NCBI GenBank assembly: GCA_048882045.1
Contig: JBHLRZ010000007.1
Coordinates: 49,935 to 113,934 of the forward strand
Length of the DNA: 64,000 nt
Direction of reading: 5' to 3'
Source: Candidatus Thorarchaeota archaeon
GTDB lineage: Archaea > Asgardarchaeota > Thorarchaeia > Thorarchaeales > Thorarchaeaceae
The position numbers and the translations under genes are program-made. Within the stretch, counting starts at the first letter, position 1. Every line of letters starts with the position of its first letter. A model generated the notes under the pieces. It was not told the origin of the DNA, did no database searches, and worked only from the letters and a program-made list of their open reading frames with translations. This document shows positions 40,775 to 51,300 of this stretch, piece after piece.

Positions 40775-42013
40775 GTGATGGCAACAAGGCGATCATTGGT
40801 AATCATAGGTTGCCTCATACTATTAATGGCGGCAGTCAGTCCCGTTGAGGGATTGGCTGCAAAGCCAAGTCAAGGAGTCGTAGCTCGGGACTATTGGCCC
40901 ACAGATGAATGGAGGACTTCAAGCCCTGAGGACCAAGGAATGGACTCAGTTCGCTTTAATGATTTGATGATGAGAATTGAGGAGCATGACATAGCAATTG
41001 ACTCCCTCCTGATTGCGCGACATGGATATCTCGTCTTTGAGAAGTACCCAAGGCATTATACGAACAACTCCCGACACATCATCCATTCATGCACAAAGAG
41101 CTACACCTCAGCCCTCGTAGGTATAGCGATTGAACAGGGATACATCAACAGCACAGATGATAGAATGGTCGATCTATTACCAAACCGAACAATAGCCAAT
41201 CTTGATGAGAGAAAAGAGGCTATTACGTTAGATCATCTTCTCAGAATGACCTCAGGTCTGGAGTGGGACGAATGGTCATATCCCTACAGCTCAAGTCAGA
41301 ATAGTAATTACCAGATGTGGATATCCAGTGATCAGGTGCAGTTTGTACTAAATCGCCCAATGGTTGCAGATCCAGGAGAAGTCTGGACTTATAGCTCAGG
41401 AGGGTCACATGTACTGGGTGCGATTGTTGCTGAAGCAACTGGTAGGACACTCCTTGATTTTGCCATTGAGAACCTGTTCACGCCTCTTGGTATCTCACCC
41501 TCTGACATTAATTGGCCTCTAGATAATCAAGGATACTATACTGCCTCGGGGGGTGCATCAATGCTCCCTCGAGACATGTTGAAATTCGGCTATCTCTACC
41601 TTAACAATGGGTCATGGGATGGTGAGCAAATTGTTCCCGTTAGTTGGGTTCAAACATCCTCGGAAACCCTCACCTACTTCAACGATTTCAGTGGATACTC
41701 CTACCAATGGTGGACATATCCAACCGATATAGTGAACGTATATGCGGCACAGGGCTACCAGGGACAATTCATCTTTGTGATTCCTGAACTAGATATGGTA
41801 GTCGTATTCACATCGAGTGTCCCGCCAGATGAGGTGGGGCAACATCCCGCTATGCTGTTTGAATACATCATTCCTGCGGCTATGGGTGAAGACTCTCAAC
41901 CATACTCAGCTTCGTATGCAATCACCTTGGTCACATTAGCTATTATTCCTCTACCTGGGCTCATAGCTGGATTTCAATATGCGGTTAGCAAAAGGAGGAT
42001 TGGGACGAGTTGA
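40775..42013 (+). CDS. Membrane-anchored serine hydrolase, beta-lactamase class C/NylB-like
   Basis: Signal peptide, SCTK (SxxK), LLRMTSG, YSS, PRDMLKFG, GYQGQ, C-terminal TM plus KRR. Confidence 0.9.
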   Translation: MMATRRSLVIIGCLILLMAAVSPVEGLAAKPSQGVVARDYWPTDEWRTSSPEDQGMDSVRFNDLMMRIEEHDIAIDSLLIARHGYLVFEKYPRHYTNNSRHIIHSCTKSYTSALVGIAIEQGYINSTDDRMVDLLPNRTIANLDERKEAITLDHLLRMTSGLEWDEWSYPYSSSQNSNYQMWISSDQVQFVLNRPMVADPGEVWTYSSGGSHVLGAIVAEATGRTLLDFAIENLFTPLGISPSDINWPLDNQGYYTASGGASMLPRDMLKFGYLYLNNGSWDGEQIVPVSWVQTSSETLTYFNDFSGYSYQWWTYPTDIVNVYAAQGYQGQFIFVIPELDMVVVFTSSVPPDEVGQHPAMLFEYIIPAAMGEDSQPYSASYAITLVTLAIIPLPGLIAGFQYAVSKRRIGTS

Positions 42014-42909
42014 TTGAAATATCGGTGGATCTAGCTATAATAATAGGAATCGTCCTACCTATCGTTCTTCCAAGCCTTCTATACATCGGGGTAAGACGAG
42101 TCAACACTGAAGGGAATCTCTACAAATACTTGGTTAGACCTCCCCAATTTCAATCAGAAAATTCCAACAGTTTGGAAAACTCAGATATGTGGACACAAAT
42201 CAAAATCAAACTTGGTTTCATCTATCTGGGGATGGCACTGTTCTTAGTCAGTTTTGTGTTGAGTGAATTCTACGAAGTCATATTTGATATTACACTACCC
42301 GTGAACCAAGGAAGTACTGGTGAGATGAGAACAATCTCAAGTCTTGCCTTTCTTAGCCTCTTCAACGCAGGATGGGTTGGATCTCTGCCTTGGTATGGAT
42401 GGCTTCCAGCACCTGCAGGTTTTGGCAACTACCATGATCCGTGGGGTTGGATCTTTACGACAGCAGCGTATACAGACAATCCAAACTTCCTTGGTACAAT
42501 CGTATCTGTTCTTTTCATCACATCGGTCATGGTTGGCACAGTGTTCCTACTGCCTCTAGTCAGTAGGAGAATCAGAGAATCCTTCGTTCCATCATTGATC
42601 GTGTTCACAACTGGAATGGCTGTCTTTACTAAGACAATAGTGGGAGGTCTTGGTCATGCGATCGCTCTGGCACTTGGAGCTCAGATTCCATTTGGAATTC
42701 GTATAGTGACAGGTAATCTCGTTCCAGATTTGAACGAAGTAGTGGTCGTTGGATTTCTATTCTTCATCGGGCTTTATTTTCTGTTCTTGATTATTGGTCA
42801 AAGGCTTTGGAAAATACATTACGATGACAGAAGGTCCCGTCTTGGCTTTCTACTCTACATCACCATCATCTATTGGATAGGTCTGGTGTTAACAATAATG
42901 GTCGTGTAA
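42010..42909 (+). CDS. Uncharacterised membrane protein (paralog M1)
   Basis: About 6 TM; QGSTGEMR...FNAGWVGSLPW...TAAYTDNP. Confidence 0.75.
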   Translation: MIEISVDLAIIIGIVLPIVLPSLLYIGVRRVNTEGNLYKYLVRPPQFQSENSNSLENSDMWTQIKIKLGFIYLGMALFLVSFVLSEFYEVIFDITLPVNQGSTGEMRTISSLAFLSLFNAGWVGSLPWYGWLPAPAGFGNYHDPWGWIFTTAAYTDNPNFLGTIVSVLFITSVMVGTVFLLPLVSRRIRESFVPSLIVFTTGMAVFTKTIVGGLGHAIALALGAQIPFGIRIVTGNLVPDLNEVVVVGFLFFIGLYFLFLIIGQRLWKIHYDDRRSRLGFLLYITIIYWIGLVLTIMVV

Positions 42910-42912
42910 ACA

Positions 42913-43809
42913 ATGATTCAGATACTTGAGATTTCAGCACTTTTGGCAAATATAGCGGCAATAGGTATTCCAGTTGTGCTCTTGTGCTTGTTTCTATTAT
43001 TGATACCATCATTAAGCGATGGTTCCAAAAGCAAGGCACGTAGATATCTTTCATACTTGGTGAAACCTCCTAAGTTAAGTTTGGAGTCCCGCGAAGAGCC
43101 ATCTTCAAGAGAAGACAAGATCAGGATTTTCTTCTACTACCTAGGGATTCTTCTGTTTCTGATTGGTTTCATGATAGGTGAGTTGTATGAGGTCGTTCTA
43201 GACCTAGCACTCCCAGTGACTCAAGGAAGTACTGGTGAGATGAGAGATATTGTGTCTGTCATCTTCCTTAGTCCGTTCAATGCAGGATGGTATGGATCCT
43301 TGCCATGGATGAGTGGACTGAACACCTTTCATGAAACATGGCAATGGGTCTACTGGACAGCGGCATTTACAGATAATCCTGGTTTTCTGAGTCAAATGAA
43401 TGAAACATTGATACTATTCTCAATGGGTGTGGGACTTGTATTTTTGATTCCTCTGGGGATCAAGAGGATTCGACAATCCTTCATGCCTTCATTGTTCTTC
43501 TTCATGACAGCCACGATGATTTTCTCCAAGGCGGCGATAAGCTCCTTGGCATATGCTATCGCCTTAGCATATGGTGGAGTCGAGTTGGAGATTAGTTTAA
43601 TATCAGCCACCGGTGCCATGATTCCAGGTCTGACAGACTTTGTGCTAGTCTTGCTATTAATGACACTCGGAATGTTCGGATTGTTCACATTTCTTGGTCG
43701 TAGACTGTGGAAGTGGTTCTATACAGACGCCGCATCAAGAAAATGGTTCACTGTTTACATTGCATTGAGTTTCTGGTTGTCACTTGTGTTGACAATTCTG
43801 GTGGTGTGA
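42913..43809 (+). CDS. Uncharacterised membrane protein (paralog M2)
   Basis: QGSTGEMR...FNAGWYGSLPW...TAAFTDNP, same topology as M1. Confidence 0.75.
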   Translation: MIQILEISALLANIAAIGIPVVLLCLFLLLIPSLSDGSKSKARRYLSYLVKPPKLSLESREEPSSREDKIRIFFYYLGILLFLIGFMIGELYEVVLDLALPVTQGSTGEMRDIVSVIFLSPFNAGWYGSLPWMSGLNTFHETWQWVYWTAAFTDNPGFLSQMNETLILFSMGVGLVFLIPLGIKRIRQSFMPSLFFFMTATMIFSKAAISSLAYAIALAYGGVELEISLISATGAMIPGLTDFVLVLLLMTLGMFGLFTFLGRRLWKWFYTDAASRKWFTVYIALSFWLSLVLTILVV

Positions 43810-43814
43810 ATAAA

Positions 43815-45005
43815 ATGAATAAACGAATTACAGTTACTCTGGCAATAATTCTAGCCATCTTATGTACTGTTCAGATGATTCCGACACATGCACAAACTGA
43901 GATAGTTAGAGACTACTGGCCTACAGACGAATGGCGGGTCACGACGCCAGAAGAACAAGGGCTCGACTTCAACACGCTCAACCGTATTGATGAAGTGATA
44001 GATGAGAATGACATAGAAGTCGACTCAGTCATAATTGTGAAAGGTGGATACATTGTCTATGAGAAATACTACAATTACTGGACCCAGTACATGGCACATA
44101 CTATCCAGTCATGCACAAAGAGTTTCATGTCGGCGCTCATCGGGATAGCCATAGACAAGGGATACATCAACAATGTGAGTCAACCGATTCTCGATTTCTT
44201 CCCAAACTATACTATTGACAACTGGGACTCAAGAAAGGAGAACATCACACTCTTCCATTGCATAACCATGTCAACAGGACTAGAATTTCATGAGGTCGAC
44301 ATTCCCTATGAAGACCCTGCAAATGACCTCTTTGAGATGTATCGAAGGCCGGACATGTGGGAATATGTTCTGGACAGACCCATGCAGTATGATCCTGGTA
44401 CACACTGGTCATATAACTCAGGAGGCATAGAGCTTCTCGGAGGAGTCATCGAACAGGCAACAGGTTACAGTGTGGCAGACTTCGCAGAGGAGTTCTTGTT
44501 TGATCCCATTGGAATTGATTACTTCAGTTGGTGGACAGTGCCTGCAAGTGGTCAATATGGATGTGGAGGAGGCCTCCACCTACAGCCCAGAGATATGGCT
44601 CGCTTTGGATACCTCTATCTCAATGAAGGAAACTGGAATGGAACTCAAGTTGTTTCATTAGAATGGGTGAACGAATCAACTCAGATGTATTTTGACACTG
44701 GAGGGTGGTATCAATACGGATACACTTGGTGGGGTGTTCCTGAACAACCATTCTACGAAGCAACAGGACACTACGAACAGAAAATCTACATACTTCCTGA
44801 ACAGGACATTGTCTGTGTTTTCACAGGTGATATCGCAGATGAGGACTGGCACCCTACGGACCATTTCGTGATGGAGTACGTTCTCAATGCAGATGTTGGT
44901 GAAAACAGTAGAGGAAATAACCTGCTACTGGTGAACATAGTAATCCTAGCACTACTAGTTGCGCCGATGCCATATTTCTTGCTAAGGCATAAGCTCCGAA
45001 GGTGA
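43815..45005 (+). CDS. Membrane-anchored serine hydrolase, beta-lactamase class C/NylB-like (paralog 2)
   Basis: ATG 43815 begins a signal peptide; RDYWPTDEWR, SCTK, YNS, PRDMARFG, C-terminal TM plus basic tail. Confidence 0.9.
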   Translation: MNKRITVTLAIILAILCTVQMIPTHAQTEIVRDYWPTDEWRVTTPEEQGLDFNTLNRIDEVIDENDIEVDSVIIVKGGYIVYEKYYNYWTQYMAHTIQSCTKSFMSALIGIAIDKGYINNVSQPILDFFPNYTIDNWDSRKENITLFHCITMSTGLEFHEVDIPYEDPANDLFEMYRRPDMWEYVLDRPMQYDPGTHWSYNSGGIELLGGVIEQATGYSVADFAEEFLFDPIGIDYFSWWTVPASGQYGCGGGLHLQPRDMARFGYLYLNEGNWNGTQVVSLEWVNESTQMYFDTGGWYQYGYTWWGVPEQPFYEATGHYEQKIYILPEQDIVCVFTGDIADEDWHPTDHFVMEYVLNADVGENSRGNNLLLVNIVILALLVAPMPYFLLRHKLRR

Positions 45006-45626
45006 AGAATCAGTTTGATGTTGACGTTTCTGAGTGTAGTATGAAACGAGTCCTACGAAGACTAATGCACTGAAGACAGTGAACCACTCGACTAGAGGAC
45101 CTCCAAAGGAAATTACAAACACAAGACTAAGTACTGTAATCAGCAGACCGTAGAGGGCTGTCGGTTTTGAGAATCTAGGATGAATCAGCAATGCTAAACA
45201 GATCAGGATGAGAGTAAAGAAGTTCAGTATAAAGAAGATTGATGATGCTTGCATATGAGGATCTCCAAGGTTCTCAGAAAAGACACCAATCATGATCAGT
45301 GCAACAGCAGATGCAATGCCAACTAGTTGACCAATCATGAGGATATACTTGGCTGCAATCCGACTATCAGTGTACCAGTCCCTCAGTCCTATGAAGAAAG
45401 GAACAAGAGCGATACCAGTCAGTATACAGCCCCAATTGTAGAAATATGCACCAATGGGGTTGTTGTTGAAATTACCAAGACGGCTGAGATAATGTGTTGC
45501 AGGCCCATATGGGTCTGGGTAAAGAGCCCATGAAATCATTGTGAAACCACAATATAGTACGATAACCAGAATCCCACTCAGAGTTGACAATGGCTTTCGT
45601 GTAGGTATTTCCATCATCTTTCTCAA
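44982..45626 (-). CDS. DUF998-like membrane protein
   Basis: HYLSRLG, FYNWGCILTG, IGVFSEN...H, GPLVEW. Confidence 0.7.
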   Translation of the reverse strand: MRKMMEIPTRKPLSTLSGILVIVLYCGFTMISWALYPDPYGPATHYLSRLGNFNNNPIGAYFYNWGCILTGIALVPFFIGLRDWYTDSRIAAKYILMIGQLVGIASAVALIMIGVFSENLGDPHMQASSIFFILNFFTLILICLALLIHPRFSKPTALYGLLITVLSLVFVISFGGPLVEWFTVFSALVFVGLVSYYTQKRQHQTDSSPSELMP

Positions 45627-45717
45627 CTTACATCATATGATATCCATCTCTTATGGATACTGGTTGAAGGAATAACAATAATTCTCTCTAAGGTGAATCA
45701 TGAATAGAAAAAGAGAG

Positions 45718-45751
45718 AAACACGGGTCCTGTCAAAAAAGGGACCCGTTTC
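45718..45751 (-). terminator. Hairpin plus T-tract downstream of SSB copy 1
   Basis: ACGGGTCC...GGACCCGT stem; T-rich run follows on the minus strand. Confidence 0.55.
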
Positions 45752-45771
45752 ATAATTTAATTTTGAATGAA

Positions 45772-46329
45772 TCAGTATCTGCGACGCCTGTCGCGGTTGC
45801 CGTAGCCGCCGCCACCACCACGTCGATCTCTGCGGTCTCGGCCACCATAGCCACCACCGCCACCGCCATAGCCACCGCCGCCACCACCGTAGCCGCCACC
45901 TCCGCCGTATCCACGACCTCCACCACCGCCATAGCTTCTGCGGCGTCGAGTGTCCTCGTGCTCTTCGGCGCTCATGTCGACTTCTTCGTTGATTTCATCA
46001 ATGGCCTCCTCAGCCTCAGCAATCTCACCGTACTTGCCGATGTTAAGTCTGAGGTTGTTACGGAAGAGACCGGTGTAACCGTTCTTCAGAGTGTAGGTTG
46101 ATCCAGCTTTGAGGTCATCGATGCTGGCGTCCCATAGTGGAACTTGGACAGTTCCTGTAGAATCACCCACTGTTGCGTCTGCGACTCTGTGAGTTGCCCC
46201 GTCGTTGCGGGACTGAACCTCGCGCTCTTCTCCAATAGCAACCACTTTGAAAGTGATTGTAACGTTCTTCATTCTTGGCTTCAACTCAGCCACTGTAGCC
46301 TCAATAGGCTCACGTTCTTCATAGCTCAT
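45772..46329 (-). CDS. ssb: Single OB-fold ssDNA/RNA-binding protein (crenarchaeal SSB-like) with Gly/Tyr/Arg-rich tail, copy 1
   Basis: ELKPRMKNV..FKV, VADATVGDSTG, LW, LKNGY, LRLNIGKYG; tail of GGGGY repeats ending RDRRRRY. Confidence 0.85.
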   Translation of the reverse strand: MSYEEREPIEATVAELKPRMKNVTITFKVVAIGEEREVQSRNDGATHRVADATVGDSTGTVQVPLWDASIDDLKAGSTYTLKNGYTGLFRNNLRLNIGKYGEIAEAEEAIDEINEEVDMSAEEHEDTRRRRSYGGGGGRGYGGGGGYGGGGGGYGGGGGGYGGRDRRDRRGGGGGYGNRDRRRRY

Positions 46330-46503
46330 CGTATATTCTCTCGCTTGTGCGATAGCAGGACAATAAAAACCGGGTGTTCTTCAGTGGGTATATGTGCGAA
46401 TTCGTGTTGACCCCGCCAGACCACGTCTCGAAGGCCGCTTGCTTGTATCTGCCTGCACTTTCTTGCTTATAATGTTCCCTTAAGAACTTGTGTACAGTGG
46501 CTA
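46330..46503 (-). promoter_or_regulatory. Conserved promoter and long 5' leader of SSB copy 1
   Basis: Blocks shared with 47115-47287: agccactgtacacaagttcttaaggg; cccactgaagaacaccc; atcgcacaagcgagagaatatacgATG. Confidence 0.7.
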
Positions 46504-46571
46504 TTGAAAAGGGAGTCACACGGGCCCCTACAAACAAGAGCCCGTGTAGATTCTAAATGATATATTATCTA

Positions 46572-47114
46572 CTAATATCTGCGACGTCTGTCGCGGCTAC
46601 CGTAGCCACCGCCACCACGTCGATCTCTGTTTCCGCCGTATCCGCCGCCGCCATAGCCCCCTCTACTACTACGTCCGTATCCGCCGCTATCACCGCTCCG
46701 TCCATATCCGCCACCACCGTAGCTTCTTCGGCGAGTGTCTTCATGCTCCTCAGAACTCATGTCAACTTCTTCGTTGACTTCCTCAATGGTTTCCTCAGCC
46801 TCACTAATCTCACCGTATTTACCAATGTTGAGTCGTAGGTTTCCTCGGAACAATCCAGTGTATCCGTTCTTTAGGGTATAGGTAGTACCAGGTTCAATAT
46901 CATCAATAGATGAGTCCCACAATGGTACCTGAACAATTCCTGTCGAATCACCCACTGTTGCATCAGCAACACGGTGAGTTTCTCCATCTCTCCTGGATGA
47001 AACCTCACGTTCTTCCCCAGTCGCAACCACCTTGAAGGAGATTGTGACATTCTTCATTCGTGGCTTTAATTCAGCCACAGTAGCCTCAATAGGCTCACGT
47101 TCTTCATAGCTCAT
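46572..47114 (-). CDS. ssb: Single OB-fold SSB-like protein with Gly/Tyr/Arg-rich tail, copy 2
   Basis: Near-identical OB domain to copy 1; ATG at 47114 by alignment. Confidence 0.85.
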   Translation of the reverse strand: MSYEEREPIEATVAELKPRMKNVTISFKVVATGEEREVSSRRDGETHRVADATVGDSTGIVQVPLWDSSIDDIEPGTTYTLKNGYTGLFRGNLRLNIGKYGEISEAEETIEEVNEEVDMSSEEHEDTRRRSYGGGGYGRSGDSGGYGRSSRGGYGGGGYGGNRDRRGGGGYGSRDRRRRY

Positions 47115-47287
47115 CGTATATTCTCTCGCTTGTGCGATTAACAGGTCAAACAAAAACAGGGTGTTCTTCAGTGGGCATGTGCGTAATCGTATTGACCCCT
47201 CACTGGGCCACGTCTTGAAAACTCGTACTTGGTGTTCCTGCGTGTGTAAGCTGAATTTGTCCCCTTAAGAACTTGTGTACAGTGGCT
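47115..47287 (-). promoter_or_regulatory. Conserved promoter and long 5' leader of SSB copy 2
   Basis: Same conserved blocks as 46330-46503. Confidence 0.7.
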
Positions 47288-47368
47288 TTTCTAGATGTAG
47301 TATCAAGATGATACTTCGTTCACAAAAGTAAGTAAAGGATTATATTCCGAAAAAACTCAGTATCTGAA

Positions 47369-48361
47369 ATGAATCGGAATCTTAAGATAATTGTTGGAAT
47401 TGCTGTAGTAGGCATCGTAGTCTTAGTGCTGTTCCAACCGTTTCTGTTCCCAACAAATCCACCGGGAGGACCTTCTGGGGATTCAGAGTTTCCGGATTTC
47501 TTCACAAGCAACGAGGACTACTATATCACTCGAATTGGATCTGTACCTAATATTGATCGAGACACTTATCGATTAGAGATCACGGGATTCGTTGATAATC
47601 CTAGGAGTTTCAATCTAGTAGAACTCAGAGCCTTGAATCTAACTGATCTACCCTTGACCATCGAATGCATAGGAAATGGTCCCAATGGGAAGCTGATTGG
47701 TACAGCAATGTGGAGAGGGTTTAACGTGTACGACTTGTTGGTATCTCTAGGTCTCGCAGAAAATGCCACTGGAGTGAGATATACCGCTGCAGACGGATAC
47801 TACGCGTCTCACACAATGGACCAACTTCGAGATAACCAAGTTCTTGGTGCTCTCTACATGAATGGTGTTGAAATCCCGCAAGTACAGGGATTTCCTTTGA
47901 GAATCTTGAATCCAGGTTACTATGGTGTGAAACAACCAGCATGGGTCACGGGAATTGAAGTAATAGACAGACCTCTGGAGGATTATTGGCAGGATCGAGG
48001 ATGGGATACTTCACCGCCCATGGACATTGATTCCATGATCTTCTTTCCCACTTCGCCCACTACAGTGAACGTGAGTGAGGTTTTTAGAGTGGGAGGATGT
48101 GCTTTTGGAGGGACACGAGTCAAGCTTGTAGAGTATACCTTGGATAATGGTGGAACTTGGTTCGATGCCCCGATTGTACAGCAGATAGATGCTGACAATG
48201 TTTGGGTATTCTGGGAGTTTACGGTAAGCTTCCAGGAGGTTGGTCAAGTAACAATCAAGACTAGAGCTACAGATATCAATGATGTACAACAAATTCCGTT
48301 AGACTCTCAGTGGCAAGATGGAACCAGCAGTTGGCCATCTATAACTATCAATGTGATATGA
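47369..48361 (+). CDS. Membrane-anchored sulfite oxidase family molybdopterin oxidoreductase
   Basis: N-terminal TM, IECIGN (Mo-ligand Cys), QGFPLRILNPGYYGVKQPAWV, YWQDRGW, Ig-like dimerisation domain. Confidence 0.88.
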   Translation: MNRNLKIIVGIAVVGIVVLVLFQPFLFPTNPPGGPSGDSEFPDFFTSNEDYYITRIGSVPNIDRDTYRLEITGFVDNPRSFNLVELRALNLTDLPLTIECIGNGPNGKLIGTAMWRGFNVYDLLVSLGLAENATGVRYTAADGYYASHTMDQLRDNQVLGALYMNGVEIPQVQGFPLRILNPGYYGVKQPAWVTGIEVIDRPLEDYWQDRGWDTSPPMDIDSMIFFPTSPTTVNVSEVFRVGGCAFGGTRVKLVEYTLDNGGTWFDAPIVQQIDADNVWVFWEFTVSFQEVGQVTIKTRATDINDVQQIPLDSQWQDGTSSWPSITINVI

Positions 48362-48372
48362 GAGTTCTTCAC

Positions 48373-51300
48373 TCAATGATATTTGTGCTTGCAATGGATG
48401 AAACTATGCCAGTGCCACCACTTTCTATGTAACCAGCAGGGACGCAATCCCTTTGTCGCATCATATATCTGACCATCGTCTACGGGCATAACAAATCCGC
48501 ATCGCTTTTTATGATGTGGCACATAGACAAGAACAGAGCCAATGGTTTCACCACCTCTCCCATCTGAGGCAAGGAATGTAATTTCATAGACCCGGCCATT
48601 GCCGCATCCAGACCTCTGAGCCCTCAGCCAAGCTGTATCGGATCCGACACCATATGCATCTGGCCACAATCCAACGAACTCGTCACTCGTGATGTTCAAG
48701 ATGGTGATGGTAACATCATCGCCATCTGGGTCTGTGACACCTTCTATAGCTATCTCTACAAATTTGCCATTAGGCGGCCACAAGAACTGAACACTTGGGA
48801 CTGCTAGTGTCACATTTGGAGGTTGGTTGTATGTTTCCGCACCAGCTCCAAAGAATGACAGGTGCTTCACATAAGCCCATACGTAACCAGCATATGACTC
48901 ACCAAACCGGACCACATCCGTTGTGTTAACTCCGCAGTCGACAACCCAATCCATCTCAACAGAGAGTTTTTCCCATATACCAGTAGACTCATCGAGCCAA
49001 TACAGACCAATCTTAGATTCATCAAGGTCTTCCATATCGTTTGGCAGTCCATCTCCTGTACGGTCTAAGTCAGCTGTTCGATAGTACAACCTGATGTAGG
49101 TGACATTCATGTTTTGAGTTCCATCACCCAAAATCAACTCTGTATCAAGATACGTGCCTAGAGAGTATTCATAGGGCATTAGTCCCGTTGAACTATTCAG
49201 GATATATGGTGTCGATTGATCGTCATATCTGCAAATGGTCATCTCCGGTGCAGCTACCTCGTTCAAGGATACCTGGATGATTGCATCAGTATGCTTCAGT
49301 GTATCAATCTCATTCACCATGAAGTAGATACTATATTGACCTTCAGCATATTTGAATGCAGGAAGTGTGCTGTACTCCAAAAATACTGAGTCAGGATATA
49401 CAGTTACGTTCTTTCTGTTGAAGATGTTAATGACTCTAAAGACATCTGTCGTCTGTGCCTCAGAGAACATGATGATCGTTTGTGTCTCATTCCAGACACC
49501 ATATCGCACAACATACTCAAGTTCCCCAGAGGCAAGCATGTCCACAGTTGCACCGCAGTCAACCAATAGATCTGCGATTAGAGACCCAACTGTTCCATCC
49601 ACATCGTAGGGATTACCAATCAGAATTATCCTGCTTGAATTCCTATAGTTGACAAAGAACTCCTCCAAGGTCACATTTGAAACAGTCATCTGCTCAGCGA
49701 GCAAGTCACCAAACAGAATTGATTCAGGAGTCTCATCGTACACCAGAACTACATCTGCTTCTTTTAAGAATCCATCGTACATCTCAGGAGTACTGTAGTT
49801 GCTCAGAGGGCTCGTTCCAGCCTCTAGCTCGATTCCGTCAAGACTACCATCGTTATCAGTATCATTACAAAGTGGGTCCATGTGGAGTAAAACTTCTAAT
49901 CCGTCAGTCACATTATCGTGATCAGAATCGTCATTATTTGGATCTGTACCAAGATAGATCTCAGCAGAATCTAGTAATAGGTCATTATCGGAATCGTTGC
50001 TCCAAGGATCCGTTCCCAAGACCAACTCAGTCCCATCGAAAATGAAATCGTTATCTGAATCGGGTGATAACGGGTCAGTTCCTGCATCGTTCTCCTCTTT
50101 GTCACTTGCCCCATCGTGATCAGTATCAAAATTCCAGGGATCAGTTCCCAATTGAAATTCCAGTGGATCTAGCAAACCATCGCCATCAACATCCGGATTT
50201 AATGGGTCGCTACCGAAGTTGAGTTCTGTGCCATCATCTATTGTATCGAGATCAGAATCAAAGTGGATGATGTTCAAGCCAAGACGGAGCTCGTCTGGAT
50301 CTAAAACGCCATCTTCATCAGTATCGACGCTTTGAGGATTGGAACCTAGTAGCCACTCGTCATAATCTGAAATACCATCAAAATCGCTATCAGCTAGATA
50401 GATGGAGCTATTCACGTGGACATCTGTTCCATGCGCTGTTGTGATTGTAATGGTCCAACCATTAAGCTCAGTTGTATCGCTCAAATCATCTTGGTCCCAA
50501 TCAGTGACATCATCCTCAAGGTCAGGTCTCACGATGATCAGGGTCTCCCTGAACTTGATGACATGAGTCGGATTAGCCACGTATATGTAGCCTTCGTCAT
50601 CAACATCTATTGTCAAAGGATTGTCTACCTCAAGTGTCGCCTGCCAGATGAGTTCATTATCGAACTTCACAATACGGTTGTTTCCACTGTCAGCGATGTA
50701 GATATTCCCCTCTGCGTCCACTGCTACATCAGTCGGTGTGTTGAGAGGAATACCATCCGCAGATAATATTGGTGGTAGACCATTTGCGAGTACGCCACTT
50801 GAGTCAAATATACACACCTTATTTCCGCCAGAGTCTGCAACATAGATGAGACCATTTGGTCCGACATCGATTCCTCGAGCTTGCTCAAGCTCGCTCCATC
50901 CGAAACTGTCCTGAAGACCCCATGTGCTTTGGCTATACTTACGAATATTGGATAAATCACCATCAAAGCATGAAAGATAGACTGAACCTCCTCCTGAAGC
51001 CATTCCCCAGATTTGGTGAAGAGGAGTATAACCCATACCACCATAATCTGGTATCCCCCTAGTGAGAATGATGTTGCCAAGCGAATCACTCACGGTGAAA
51101 CTTTCCCATGTTCTGTCAGCATTGAACTCAAAGAAATACTCCCAATTTGTTTGAGGCGTAGATGGAACTATGACCCAGCCTAATGTATTAACCCAAATGG
51201 TTTTGCCATCCGGGCTAATTTGCACTCCCTGTCCAAAGCGATTCCCCAGTCCATAGACTTGATTTATTACAGGGAGGGGATTTGATATCTTAGACACCAG

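Noticed and set aside
43707-43814. N-terminal extension of the second serine hydrolase in the ORF track
   Set aside because: Overlaps M2; the signal peptide begins at ATG 43815
45700-46838. Ala/Thr-rich plus-strand ORFs (45700-46101, 46557-46838)
   Set aside because: Antisense reading of the Gly-rich SSB tails
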